From contig CAZOFO010000008.1 in assembly GCA_964579265.1 (NCBI GenBank), positions 1 to 17,930 of the forward strand: DNA of 17,930 nt, written 5' to 3'. This DNA comes from Candidatus Micrarchaeota archaeon (lineage in GTDB: Archaea > B1Sed10-29). The notes below the pieces were generated by a model. That model did not search any database and was not told the origin of the DNA. It saw nothing but the letters and a program-made list of their open reading frames with translations. The translations under genes were made by a program, and so were the position numbers. Below, one piece after another: positions 1-7,477 of this stretch (the first letter of the stretch is position 1; the number at the start of each line of letters is the position of its first letter).

Positions 1-73
1 TCGCAAGTGAATTGCTCAGAGCTCCTGGATTGTATCTGGAGCCAGTGGGGATACCGAGCTACCCTAAGACCCC
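1..73 (-). tRNA. tRNA-Trp(CCA), 5' exon (73..36) plus start of a 37/38 intron (35..1); rest of gene lies beyond the window edge
   Basis: Minus strand reads GGGGTCT TA GGGT AGCTCGGTA TCCC C ACTGG CT CCA G: acceptor 5' strand, D arm, anticodon 5' stem and CCA anticodon at 39..37. The following sequence is not the complementary CCAGT, implying an intron as in many archaeal tRNA-Trp genes. An AT-rich TATA-like TTTAATAT lies about 30 nt upstream. Confidence 0.8.
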
Positions 74-195
74 TCTTGAACATGAATATTAACACTCTTT
101 CTAATATTAAAGGATTCAGTTTCAGGTTGGGGAAATGTTTTGAATATTTTTTGTTATGGGAATTTATTTTGAGGGATTAGTATTGGGTTTAGTAT

Positions 196-1623
196 TTAGC
201 TACGATCTACGGCTACGTCCCAGAGGCGATCCATGTGTTCTGTGTATTTCCATATATTGTTTCCGTTGGAGTCTATCTTATGAACTTCTTCATCCTTACT
301 TGCTGTATATATGTATCCGTCTTCGTCTACAGCGACTCCTTTAACATTGTCTTCGTGTTCTGTGTATTTCCATATATTGTTTCCTTCCGAATCAATCTTG
401 TGAACTTCTTTATCTCGACTTGCTGTGTATATATTTCTATTTTCGTCTAAAGTGATTCTACGAATGTCGTCTATGTGTTCTGTGTATTTCCATACATTTT
501 TACCATCAGAATCTATTTTATGAACTTCACCGTCTACTGATGCTGTGTATACGTATCCTTTTTCATCTACGGCAATATTCCATACTCCTTGAACACCTGG
601 TCCTCCTCCTGTGTGTTCTGTGTATTCCCATGCATTGTTTCCTTCGGGAGTTACCTTGTGAACTTCACCGTCTGCTGTTGCTGTGTATACGTATCCGTCT
701 TCACCTATATCAACACCTGATACGATGTCGTGTTCTGTGTATCTCCATATGTTATCTCCGTTTGGATCTATTTTATGAGTCTCTCCATCTGCTGATGCTG
801 TGTAAACATAGCCATTATCATCTACAGCCACATCTCTGACAGTAGAATCGTGTTCTCCATAGCTCCACAGAGTAAAGAGAGGATCTTCATCTTCTTCATC
901 ATCAATATCTATTTTATGAACTGTGTTGTCGTACGATGCTGTATATATGTAGTCCTCATAACCTGCAGTTACAGCTCGGACACCAGCGTAGTGTCCTCTA
1001 TATTCCCATATTTTTTCTCCATTTGAATCTACTCCGTGAACTTTTCCGTCATTCGATGCTGTGTAAACAGAAGCTGATACTTCTTCTATTTCTGTCTGTG
1101 TCCAGTTTTCTTGTTCTAGGTAAGGTACTTTACATCCTGTAGCTTCGTAGATATATTTGTTGTGGGGACATTCTAATTCTTTGATTACTGTTGGGCATTC
1201 TTCTGCTTCCAGCCAGTATACTTTTGATTTTTCTATGTCTCTTCTACATTTTTCATTTATTTCTTCCTCTGGTTTGTATTCCTGGATGAATACTGGTTTT
1301 AGCTCTTTGTCTTGATCTATTGTGATGGTTATTTGGTCTTCTGTACTTTCGTAGTCACCTATCCATTCTTCAAAATAGTATTCTTCTTCTGATTCTGCTG
1401 TGATGGTTACATTTTCTCCTTCTGTGTAGGTGTGTGTTCCTTCTTCTGGCTCTGTTTCTCCTTCGCCTTCTATATTGATTGTTAGTGTATGTTCGTCTTC
1501 ATCTGGGTCTATGTCTGGGTCTGTTATTTCTTCGTCTGGTTCTTCTTCTGCGAATGGTCCTATGCACCCGATTGCTATGAAGAGAGTAGCTATTAGAAAA
1601 ATAGGTATGATTTTTCGATTCAT
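196..1623 (-). CDS. Putative surface lipoprotein: InlB B-repeat/Flg_new-like domain, small 4-Cys domain and C-terminal 7-bladed beta-propeller
   Basis: 475-aa ORF. Signal peptide with lipobox-like LFIAIG-C, acidic linker, LTINIEGEGETEP...G..VTITA....YYFEEWIGD motif, and seven ~40-aa repeats YxYTASxDxxVHKID..G..IWxYTEH. Confidence 0.85.
   Translation of the reverse strand: MNRKIIPIFLIATLFIAIGCIGPFAEEEPDEEITDPDIDPDEDEHTLTINIEGEGETEPEEGTHTYTEGENVTITAESEEEYYFEEWIGDYESTEDQITITIDQDKELKPVFIQEYKPEEEINEKCRRDIEKSKVYWLEAEECPTVIKELECPHNKYIYEATGCKVPYLEQENWTQTEIEEVSASVYTASNDGKVHGVDSNGEKIWEYRGHYAGVRAVTAGYEDYIYTASYDNTVHKIDIDDEEDEDPLFTLWSYGEHDSTVRDVAVDDNGYVYTASADGETHKIDPNGDNIWRYTEHDIVSGVDIGEDGYVYTATADGEVHKVTPEGNNAWEYTEHTGGGPGVQGVWNIAVDEKGYVYTASVDGEVHKIDSDGKNVWKYTEHIDDIRRITLDENRNIYTASRDKEVHKIDSEGNNIWKYTEHEDNVKGVAVDEDGYIYTASKDEEVHKIDSNGNNIWKYTEHMDRLWDVAVDRS
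199..1070 (-). repeat. Intragenic ~120-bp tandem repeats encoding propeller blades
   Basis: Anchor gtgttctgtgtat(t/c)(t/c)cc-like motif recurs at 235, 355, 475, 613, 730, 850 and 991 (spacings 120, 120, 138, 117, 120, 141; the last two copies are diverged). 235-264 and 355-384 are identical over 30 bp. Confidence 0.85.
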
Positions 1624-1707
1624 GGTTGATCGGTTTTGTTAAGTGATGTTTTATTTATAAATGTTTAAAGTTGTACAGGTATTTTTAATAATTAGATTTT
1701 CTCGAGA

Positions 1708-1780
1708 CGGACCGGGCGGGATTCGAACCCGCGACCTACAGCTTAGGAGGCTGTTGCCCTATCCGCTGGGCTACCGGTCC
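1708..1780 (-). tRNA. tRNA-Arg(CCT)
   Basis: GGACCGG TA GCCC AGCGGATA GGGC A ACAGC CT CCT AA GCTGT AGGTC GCGGG TTCGAAT CCCGC CCGGTCC G forms a complete cloverleaf; CCA end not encoded. Confidence 0.97.
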
Positions 1781-1888
1781 TTTATCCATATATTTATTTG
1801 TATTTATTGTACGGTGGTTATGTTTAGTAGTGGTCGGTTTCTTGATTCGTATTAGTTATTTATGCATCGAGAGAAATAAGTTCTTTGG

Positions 1889-1959
1889 ATGATGATGCGA
1901 ACAACCTATGAGGTTCTCCGTACCGATGATTAGATTTTGGGTTAACTGCCCCCGTCTGA
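1889..1959 (+). ncRNA. Box C/D 2'-O-methylation guide sRNA; D' guide predicted to target 23S rRNA U2552 (E. coli numbering)
   Basis: Box C ATGATGA 1889-1895, guide GCGAACAACCT 1897-1907, D' ATGA 1908-1911, GGT..ACC mini-hairpin, C' ATGATTA 1926-1932, second guide region, box D CTGA 1956-1959. GC-richer island in an intergenic gap, TTATTTAT about 25-30 nt upstream and a T-tract just downstream (~1974-1979). Confidence 0.82.
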
Positions 1960-1992
1960 CACTATTCATAATCTTTTTTGTACAAGGGGGCT

Positions 1993-2754
1993 CTATTCTT
2001 CAAGTTTATGTTTTATCCCTTCTGTGAAGAACGGGGATTTTACCCATGCTCCTACTTCTATATCTTTTTCTTCTTTCGGAGTTAGAAATAGTATTGAATG
2101 GTCGTCTACAGTCATAACTCTATGCTTATGGTCTCTTTCTTGTATCTCAGCAAATTTCATCACTCTATCTAGTTTATCAGCACTGTCTGTAATTATTTTA
2201 ACGTTTGTTCCTCTTTCTCTTGCTTGTTGTAGCTCTTTTTCGTATTCTTCTAGGTGTTCTAAAGCATCTTCTGAATCTGTAGCTAGAACAACTTCGTTTT
2301 CTGCTTCGCTAAGTAGTCTTTTGATTTTTGATCTCATTTTTTCCTTGTCTTTGAGGAACCATAGGAAATCATGAGGGCTTTTCTTCTCTTCTTTATATTC
2401 TTTAGTTCTTTGAAGTTCTTCTTCCAGTTTTTCTTTTACTTCTTTTATCTTTTTTACTTCTTTTTTGTATTCTTTTTCTTTACTTTTTTTCAAATTCTCC
2501 ATTGCTTCTTCTATAGGGTGAGATTTGTATTTTGTTGGTCTTCCAGGTTGTATTGAGCACAGTCCTTTCTCTTCTAGCTTATCTAATACGTCATATGTTC
2601 TCGGTCTTGGTATCTCTGATTTTTTACTTATTTCTCCGGCTGTGGCTGTACCTTCCTCTAGGAGTGTTACGAATGCTTTTGATTCATATTCATTGAGACC
2701 TATTCTTTTGAGTTGATTGATTGTCTTTTGATTCATTTTTTTATCCATTTCCAT
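1993..2754 (-). CDS. trmB: TrmB-family transcriptional regulator
   Basis: N-terminal TrmB wHTH (LKRIGLNEYESKAFVTLL...TAGEISKKSEIPRPRTYDVLDKLEEKGL...GRPTKY), coiled coil, and C-terminal PLD-like effector domain (AENEVVL...ARERGTNVKII). Confidence 0.92.
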   Translation of the reverse strand: MEMDKKMNQKTINQLKRIGLNEYESKAFVTLLEEGTATAGEISKKSEIPRPRTYDVLDKLEEKGLCSIQPGRPTKYKSHPIEEAMENLKKSKEKEYKKEVKKIKEVKEKLEEELQRTKEYKEEKKSPHDFLWFLKDKEKMRSKIKRLLSEAENEVVLATDSEDALEHLEEYEKELQQARERGTNVKIITDSADKLDRVMKFAEIQERDHKHRVMTVDDHSILFLTPKEEKDIEVGAWVKSPFFTEGIKHKLEE

Positions 2755-2859
2755 AAAGGAACCTCCTATTTAAATAAATGTTTCATATATCTATTACTGA
2801 AGGTTTTATGATCTTTTATTTTGGTTTTTTCCTGTATTATTATTATGAAAACCCAAACA

Positions 2860-2891
2860 TTTAAATATGTTGTTACTCACCAATAGTAACA
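2860..2891 (+). promoter_or_regulatory. TATA box (TTTAAATA) followed by perfect palindrome TGTTACT-N7-AGTAACA; candidate repressor operator
   Basis: TATA at 2860-2867, inverted repeat arms at 2871-2877 and 2885-2891, SD GAGGTGA upstream of ATG 2929. Lies in the promoter region divergent from trmB. Confidence 0.55.
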
Positions 2892-2928
2892 CGAATATGT
2901 AGAAATGTTTGATTGAGGTGAATCAAAA

Positions 2929-4257
2929 ATGAAAAACGCGGACATTAAAACAAATAGTTGGTTCAAACCCAAAGAGATGGTTAGATCCATCACAGCTTCA
3001 AAGAAAATCAAGATCATTTTTCTAGCAACACTAGTGACTGCTGTACTAGCGGCCACAGCCACAGCAACTTCTCTAAATGTTAATGTAGAAAACCAAGTAA
3101 AAGAAACTCCTGCTGGAGAAGCAGCACACTTCCTTATAGACGTTGAAAATGTAGGAAACCAAGTTGTAGATGTAGAGATGTCAGTAGGAGAATCAGAACT
3201 AAGAACTAGTTTCTCAGATATACCTGGAAGAGAATTCAGTTTAAATCCAGGAGAAGAAAAAACAGCAAACCTTCTTGTAGCAACTGATAGAGAAGACAGA
3301 GGATCTTACGCGATACCTCTATACGTGAACGATATCTACAGACCACTATCAGTTAACGTTATGGAAGGGATAGATGCTCTTGAACTAAGAGGAGCTTATG
3401 AAGAAATAACTGTTTCACAGGGCTCCAGCCAAGAACTGAAATTCGTAGCTGAAAACATGGGAAACCAAAGAATAGAGAACATAGTTATAGATGGAAATAT
3501 AGATACTAAGTTAAATCCGGAGTACCCAAGATCATTCTTCCTTAATCCGGGGGAAAGAAGAGACATGTCAGTAATGATCGATGTTCCAAGCGGATACCCA
3601 ACAGGTAGAGAAGTATTCGAAATTAAGGGAGCATCCGGAGGAACAATAGGATCAACTGAAGAAGTAATATTAAACATAGTAGATTCTCCAGAAGTAGAAG
3701 GAAGACTTGGATTAGAAGCAATGAGACCATGGGAATCTCTGATAGAAGATGGAGAAACAGTAGGATACAAAGTAACATTCCAAATTGAAAACAAAGGATT
3801 AATGGATATACAAGATGTAGAATGGGATCTTCAAGGAGTCCCCGCAGACTGGAATGTTTCCGGAGACGAATCCTTTGATATATCCGGAGGAGAAACAATT
3901 CAAAAAACTCTGGAATTCCACACCGATGATGATTTCTCAGAAAGAGAACTCGATATAGGACTAGTAAAAGACGATGCAGAGATAACTAGAGAAAAAATAG
4001 AGTTCAGCGGAGAAAGAATAGGAGTAGCAGTCGGTGGACTCGTAGTAGGAAGATTCGCACCAATATCAGTTGGAATAGGAATATTTGTAGGGTTCCTCAT
4101 AGCAATGGCATTTTACATGAGAAGAAAAGAAGGAGAAGGATCAATAAGAGGAAGAGACAGTGATTACCTAAAGAGACTAGTCGATGAAACTCTGGAAAGA
4201 GAGATGGATGAAGAAAATATCGAAGAAAAGAAATCCGAAGAAAACAAGAGAAACTAA
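2929..4257 (+). CDS. Membrane-anchored surface protein with NEW3/Ig-like beta-sandwich domains
   Basis: Signal peptide KKIKIIFLATLVTAVLAATATA; three Ig-like units (N.GN...LNPGE repeats, VPADWNV); C-terminal TM helix and charged cytoplasmic tail. Confidence 0.75.
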   Translation: MKNADIKTNSWFKPKEMVRSITASKKIKIIFLATLVTAVLAATATATSLNVNVENQVKETPAGEAAHFLIDVENVGNQVVDVEMSVGESELRTSFSDIPGREFSLNPGEEKTANLLVATDREDRGSYAIPLYVNDIYRPLSVNVMEGIDALELRGAYEEITVSQGSSQELKFVAENMGNQRIENIVIDGNIDTKLNPEYPRSFFLNPGERRDMSVMIDVPSGYPTGREVFEIKGASGGTIGSTEEVILNIVDSPEVEGRLGLEAMRPWESLIEDGETVGYKVTFQIENKGLMDIQDVEWDLQGVPADWNVSGDESFDISGGETIQKTLEFHTDDDFSERELDIGLVKDDAEITREKIEFSGERIGVAVGGLVVGRFAPISVGIGIFVGFLIAMAFYMRRKEGEGSIRGRDSDYLKRLVDETLEREMDEENIEEKKSEENKRN

Positions 4258-4290
4258 GAATAAAAGACGTATTCCCTAGAATTAACTCTC

Positions 4291-4318
4291 GAAGAGGAGA
4301 ATGAACCTCTTCTTTTTT
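4291..4318 (+). terminator. Hairpin plus T-tract between convergent genes
   Basis: GAAGAGG-AGAATGAA-CCTCTTC followed by TTTTTT, 34 nt after the stop of 2929..4257. Confidence 0.5.
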
Positions 4319-4333
4319 CTCTTTTTTATGTTT

Positions 4334-4621
4334 CTAAATCAGAACTATGGCTAATGCTATTATTATTATCAGCATTAGCGCTATTAATCCTATTATAACT
4401 ATATTCCTTTTCTTTAACTTCTCGTTTAATTGATCGTTTAAGTACTTCAACCGTGCTTTTTCAGCTTCTCTATAGGTATCTTCTTTTTTCTTTCTTTTAT
4501 CTTCTTTCTTTTGATCTCTTTTTCCTTTAAATATTTCTTCTTCTTTTTCTCTTTCCTTCTTTAAGTAGTCTTTTAGTTTTTTATATTTTCTTTCTTCTTT
4601 GAAGCTTCCTATATCTGCCAT
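4334..4621 (-). CDS. Small K/E-rich coiled-coil protein with C-terminal TM anchor (hypothetical)
   Basis: ORF directly downstream of metG, with a hydrophobic C-terminus (IVIIGLIALMLIIIIALAIVLI). ATG at 4621 preferred over TTG at 4630. Confidence 0.75.
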   Translation of the reverse strand: MADIGSFKEERKYKKLKDYLKKEREKEEEIFKGKRDQKKEDKRKKKEDTYREAEKARLKYLNDQLNEKLKKRNIVIIGLIALMLIIIIALAIVLI

Positions 4622-4646
4622 TTGAATCAATTTTTATTTTTCGGTT

Positions 4647-6626
4647 TTATTCTACAGTTGTACCTGGTTTAATCTTTTTATCTGGTTTTAGAAGCGCTAC
4701 TTTATCTTTTTCTTTTTCCACTGCTGCTAGGACCATTGCTTCTGATTTAACACCCATTATTTTGGTGGGTTCTAGGTTTGTTACTGCTGCTACTTCTTTT
4801 CCTTTAAGCTCTTCTTCGTTGTAATAGTCCTTTAATCCTGCTACTGTTGTTCTTTCTTCTTTACCTATGTCTATCTTCATTTTATATAGGTTGTCCGATC
4901 CTTCTATTTCTTTCACTTCTTTTATTTTACCTGTTTTTATTTCCAGTTCTTTGAATCTGTCAAAAGGTATTTTATCCATTTTTTCCACCTCCTCTTCTTC
5001 TGGTTTGAATTGTTCTTCGTGTTTTTTAATTTCTTCTTCTGATATTTTTTCAAATAATGGTTCGTATTCTCCTATCTCGTGTCCTGGTTCGATTCTTTCA
5101 GTTGCTTCTTTGATCTTACCTGGGTTTATGTTTAGGAATCTTTTTATCTTATCCGATGTTTCAGGTATGAATGGTTCTAGATAGATCGATAGTGCTTTGG
5201 ATACTTGTAGAGAGGTGTAGGTGACTTCTTTTTTCCTATCTTCGTTTTTCCATGGTTCTTCTTCTGTGATGTATTTATTTGTTTTTCTAGCTAGATCAGT
5301 AACTATTTCAACTGCTTTCTTGAACCTCGCTTGTTCCCCAAGGGTCTTCCTCAACTTTTCTTCTGTTTCACGTATCTCTTCCAGTAACTCTTTATCTCGT
5401 TCCTTTAAATCAGGTTCAGGTACTTTTCCTTCAAAGAACTTCTCCGTGAAAGTGAGTGTACGGTGTATAAAGTTACCTATCACGTCGTTCAGATCGTGGT
5501 TAACTATCTTTCCAAATTCTTTCCAGGTGAATTCCCTGTCTCTGTTCCCTGGGTACATCTTCATCAACACGTATCTCCAGTAGTCTCCAGGGTAAAGTTC
5601 CAGTGCATCGTCTAGATAAACACCTCTTCCTCTGGATTTGCTGAAAGCTCCTCCTTCATAGGTAAGGTATTCACATGCTTTGACTTTTTCTGGATCTATG
5701 TAGTCTTCTCCAGTTCCTTTTAAAGTTGCTGGGAAGGTTATGGTGTGGAACTGAACATTATCTTTCCCCATGAACTGTATTAATTCCACTTCCTCATCTT
5801 TCCACCAGTCTTCTATCCCTATCTCTTTGGAAAAACTTATATATCCTATCGGGGCATCGACCCACACGTAGAAAACTTGGTCTTCCAGATCAGGGACTTT
5901 TATTCCCCAGTCCATGTCTCTGGATATATCTTTATCTTTCAAACCTTCCTTAAGCATGTTTTCAGTTATTCTTTCTGCTGTGTTTGACCACTTTCCTCTT
6001 TTTCTTTCGAGCAAATGCTTTAGTTCCTCCTCTAGTCCCGATAGTTTGAAGAATATGTGTTCACTTTCCCTTACCTCTGGTTTTGAACCGCACAGAGCAC
6101 AGTGATAATCTTCCAATTCTGTTGCTACATCAAATAAAGATCCGCATTCATCACATTGGTCTCCTTTTGCTCCTTCTGCACCGCATTCTGGACACCTGCC
6201 TTTTACGTATCTATCTGGGAGGTTTTTATCACACTCAGTGCAGTAAAGAATCTTTATAGTGTCTCTGTATATGTAGCCATTTTCCTTAAGTTTGTTGTAG
6301 ATCTCAACTGTTTTTTCCGCGTGCAGTTCCTTCGTTGTCTTGGAGTATACATCGAAATCCAGGTTTAATTCATCAAAAAGATCTTTAAGTTCTCTGTGAA
6401 TTTCTTCAGCCCATTCTTCCGGATCCTCTCCTTTTTTATCTGCAACTACAGTTATAGGAGTACCGTTTGAGTCTGTGCCACATACATATTTACATTCTTT
6501 TCCATCCAGCTTCATGAATCGTGAGTAAACGTCTCCAGGCAATATGCAGCTGACCACGTTTCCTAGGTGCGGTATGTTGCTTCCATAAGGTAGTGCTGAT
6601 GTAACTAAATACTTGAAGGTAATCAC
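4647..6626 (-). CDS. metG: Methionine--tRNA ligase with C-terminal Trbp111-like tRNA-binding domain
   Basis: YLVTSALPY, HIGH-like HLGN, four CxxC zinc knuckles, YVWVDAPIGY, GKDNVQFH, KMSKS-like FSKS, and a C-terminal OB domain (NLEPTKIMGVKSEAMVLAA). Confidence 0.97.
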   Translation of the reverse strand: MITFKYLVTSALPYGSNIPHLGNVVSCILPGDVYSRFMKLDGKECKYVCGTDSNGTPITVVADKKGEDPEEWAEEIHRELKDLFDELNLDFDVYSKTTKELHAEKTVEIYNKLKENGYIYRDTIKILYCTECDKNLPDRYVKGRCPECGAEGAKGDQCDECGSLFDVATELEDYHCALCGSKPEVRESEHIFFKLSGLEEELKHLLERKRGKWSNTAERITENMLKEGLKDKDISRDMDWGIKVPDLEDQVFYVWVDAPIGYISFSKEIGIEDWWKDEEVELIQFMGKDNVQFHTITFPATLKGTGEDYIDPEKVKACEYLTYEGGAFSKSRGRGVYLDDALELYPGDYWRYVLMKMYPGNRDREFTWKEFGKIVNHDLNDVIGNFIHRTLTFTEKFFEGKVPEPDLKERDKELLEEIRETEEKLRKTLGEQARFKKAVEIVTDLARKTNKYITEEEPWKNEDRKKEVTYTSLQVSKALSIYLEPFIPETSDKIKRFLNINPGKIKEATERIEPGHEIGEYEPLFEKISEEEIKKHEEQFKPEEEEVEKMDKIPFDRFKELEIKTGKIKEVKEIEGSDNLYKMKIDIGKEERTTVAGLKDYYNEEELKGKEVAAVTNLEPTKIMGVKSEAMVLAAVEKEKDKVALLKPDKKIKPGTTVE

Positions 6627-6743
6627 CTCTTATCCTTTTATCCGTGGTTATTAATTTGAATCCTTTTATTTAATCTTTGCAATTACTCTATTTATTTAAC
6701 TTTGGAGGATATTAAATAATCTAAAGTTTTGAAAAGTGGTTCC

Positions 6744-7400
6744 ATGAAGATCGATATGCACATCCATACAAAGTACAGTTACGATGGAGTCTCGGAAATA
6801 GATGAAGTATTCGAAAAAGCAGAGGAAAGAGGACTGGACGGAGTCGCTATAACTGATCACTTTGATATAAGAGGATGGGAAGAAGCAAGAGAGATAGCTG
6901 AAGAAAAAGATATGTTCTTCATCCCTGGAGAGGAAATAAAAGTTCTAAATGAGAAGAAAAAAATAATAGCTGAAGTATTGGCTTACTTTATAGAAGAAGG
7001 AATAGGTAACAAAACTATCTCCGAACTTGAAAAAGAAGTACGTTCTCAAGGTGGTCTTCTTTTCCTGGCTCATCCCTTCGCAAAATCCAGACCTTCACCA
7101 AGTAATAAACCTGAAAGACTTTTAAAATTTGTAGATGGGATAGAAACTATAAACGCCCGTTCAAGAGTATGGCACGTTAACAAAAAAGCTATTAAAATGG
7201 CAGAAAGAAATAATCTTCCTGTAATTGGGGGGAGCGATGCTCATATCCCTGAAGAAGTCGGTTACGCCTACACCGAAGTAAAGGATGCTAACAACCTTGA
7301 AGAATTCAAGGAAAAACTGAAAGAAGGAAAAGCGGAGGCAAAGGGAAGGAAAACCAATATCTTCTTCCACTACGCATCTCAACTAAAAGGCAGAATATGA
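6744..7400 (+). CDS. PHP-domain metal-dependent phosphoesterase
   Basis: DMHIHTKYSYDG, AITDH, GEE, AHPF and GGSDAH motifs. ATG at 6744 preferred over TTG at 6729. Confidence 0.92.
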   Translation: MKIDMHIHTKYSYDGVSEIDEVFEKAEERGLDGVAITDHFDIRGWEEAREIAEEKDMFFIPGEEIKVLNEKKKIIAEVLAYFIEEGIGNKTISELEKEVRSQGGLLFLAHPFAKSRPSPSNKPERLLKFVDGIETINARSRVWHVNKKAIKMAERNNLPVIGGSDAHIPEEVGYAYTEVKDANNLEEFKEKLKEGKAEAKGRKTNIFFHYASQLKGRI

Positions 7401-7477
7401 ACAAAATGGAAAAATTAATATAAACAAAGAAAAACTTAGGTAATTAAGATAATTTAAAAAGTCACGGGCGATCAAAA

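Noticed and set aside
11..41. A very short tRNA-Trp intron closing at GGAG (25..22)
   Set aside because: The sequence after GGAG-NNN is TGAGC, which cannot pair with the ACTGG anticodon stem, and no T arm follows.
235..500. 30-bp direct repeats at regular spacing, resembling a CRISPR array
   Set aside because: The period is 120 bp, the intervening segments are homologous to each other, and all are in frame within the propeller ORF; no cas genes are present.
196..1070. Diversity-generating retroelement target
   Set aside because: There is no reverse transcriptase or non-coding template repeat in the window, and the repeat differences include indels rather than adenine-specific changes.
74..1707. 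Integrated mobile element at tRNA-Arg or tRNA-Trp
   Set aside because: I saw no duplicated tRNA 3' end (att site), integrase or transposase.
1661..1855. 64-aa ORF on the + strand
   Set aside because: It is the antisense of tRNA-Arg.
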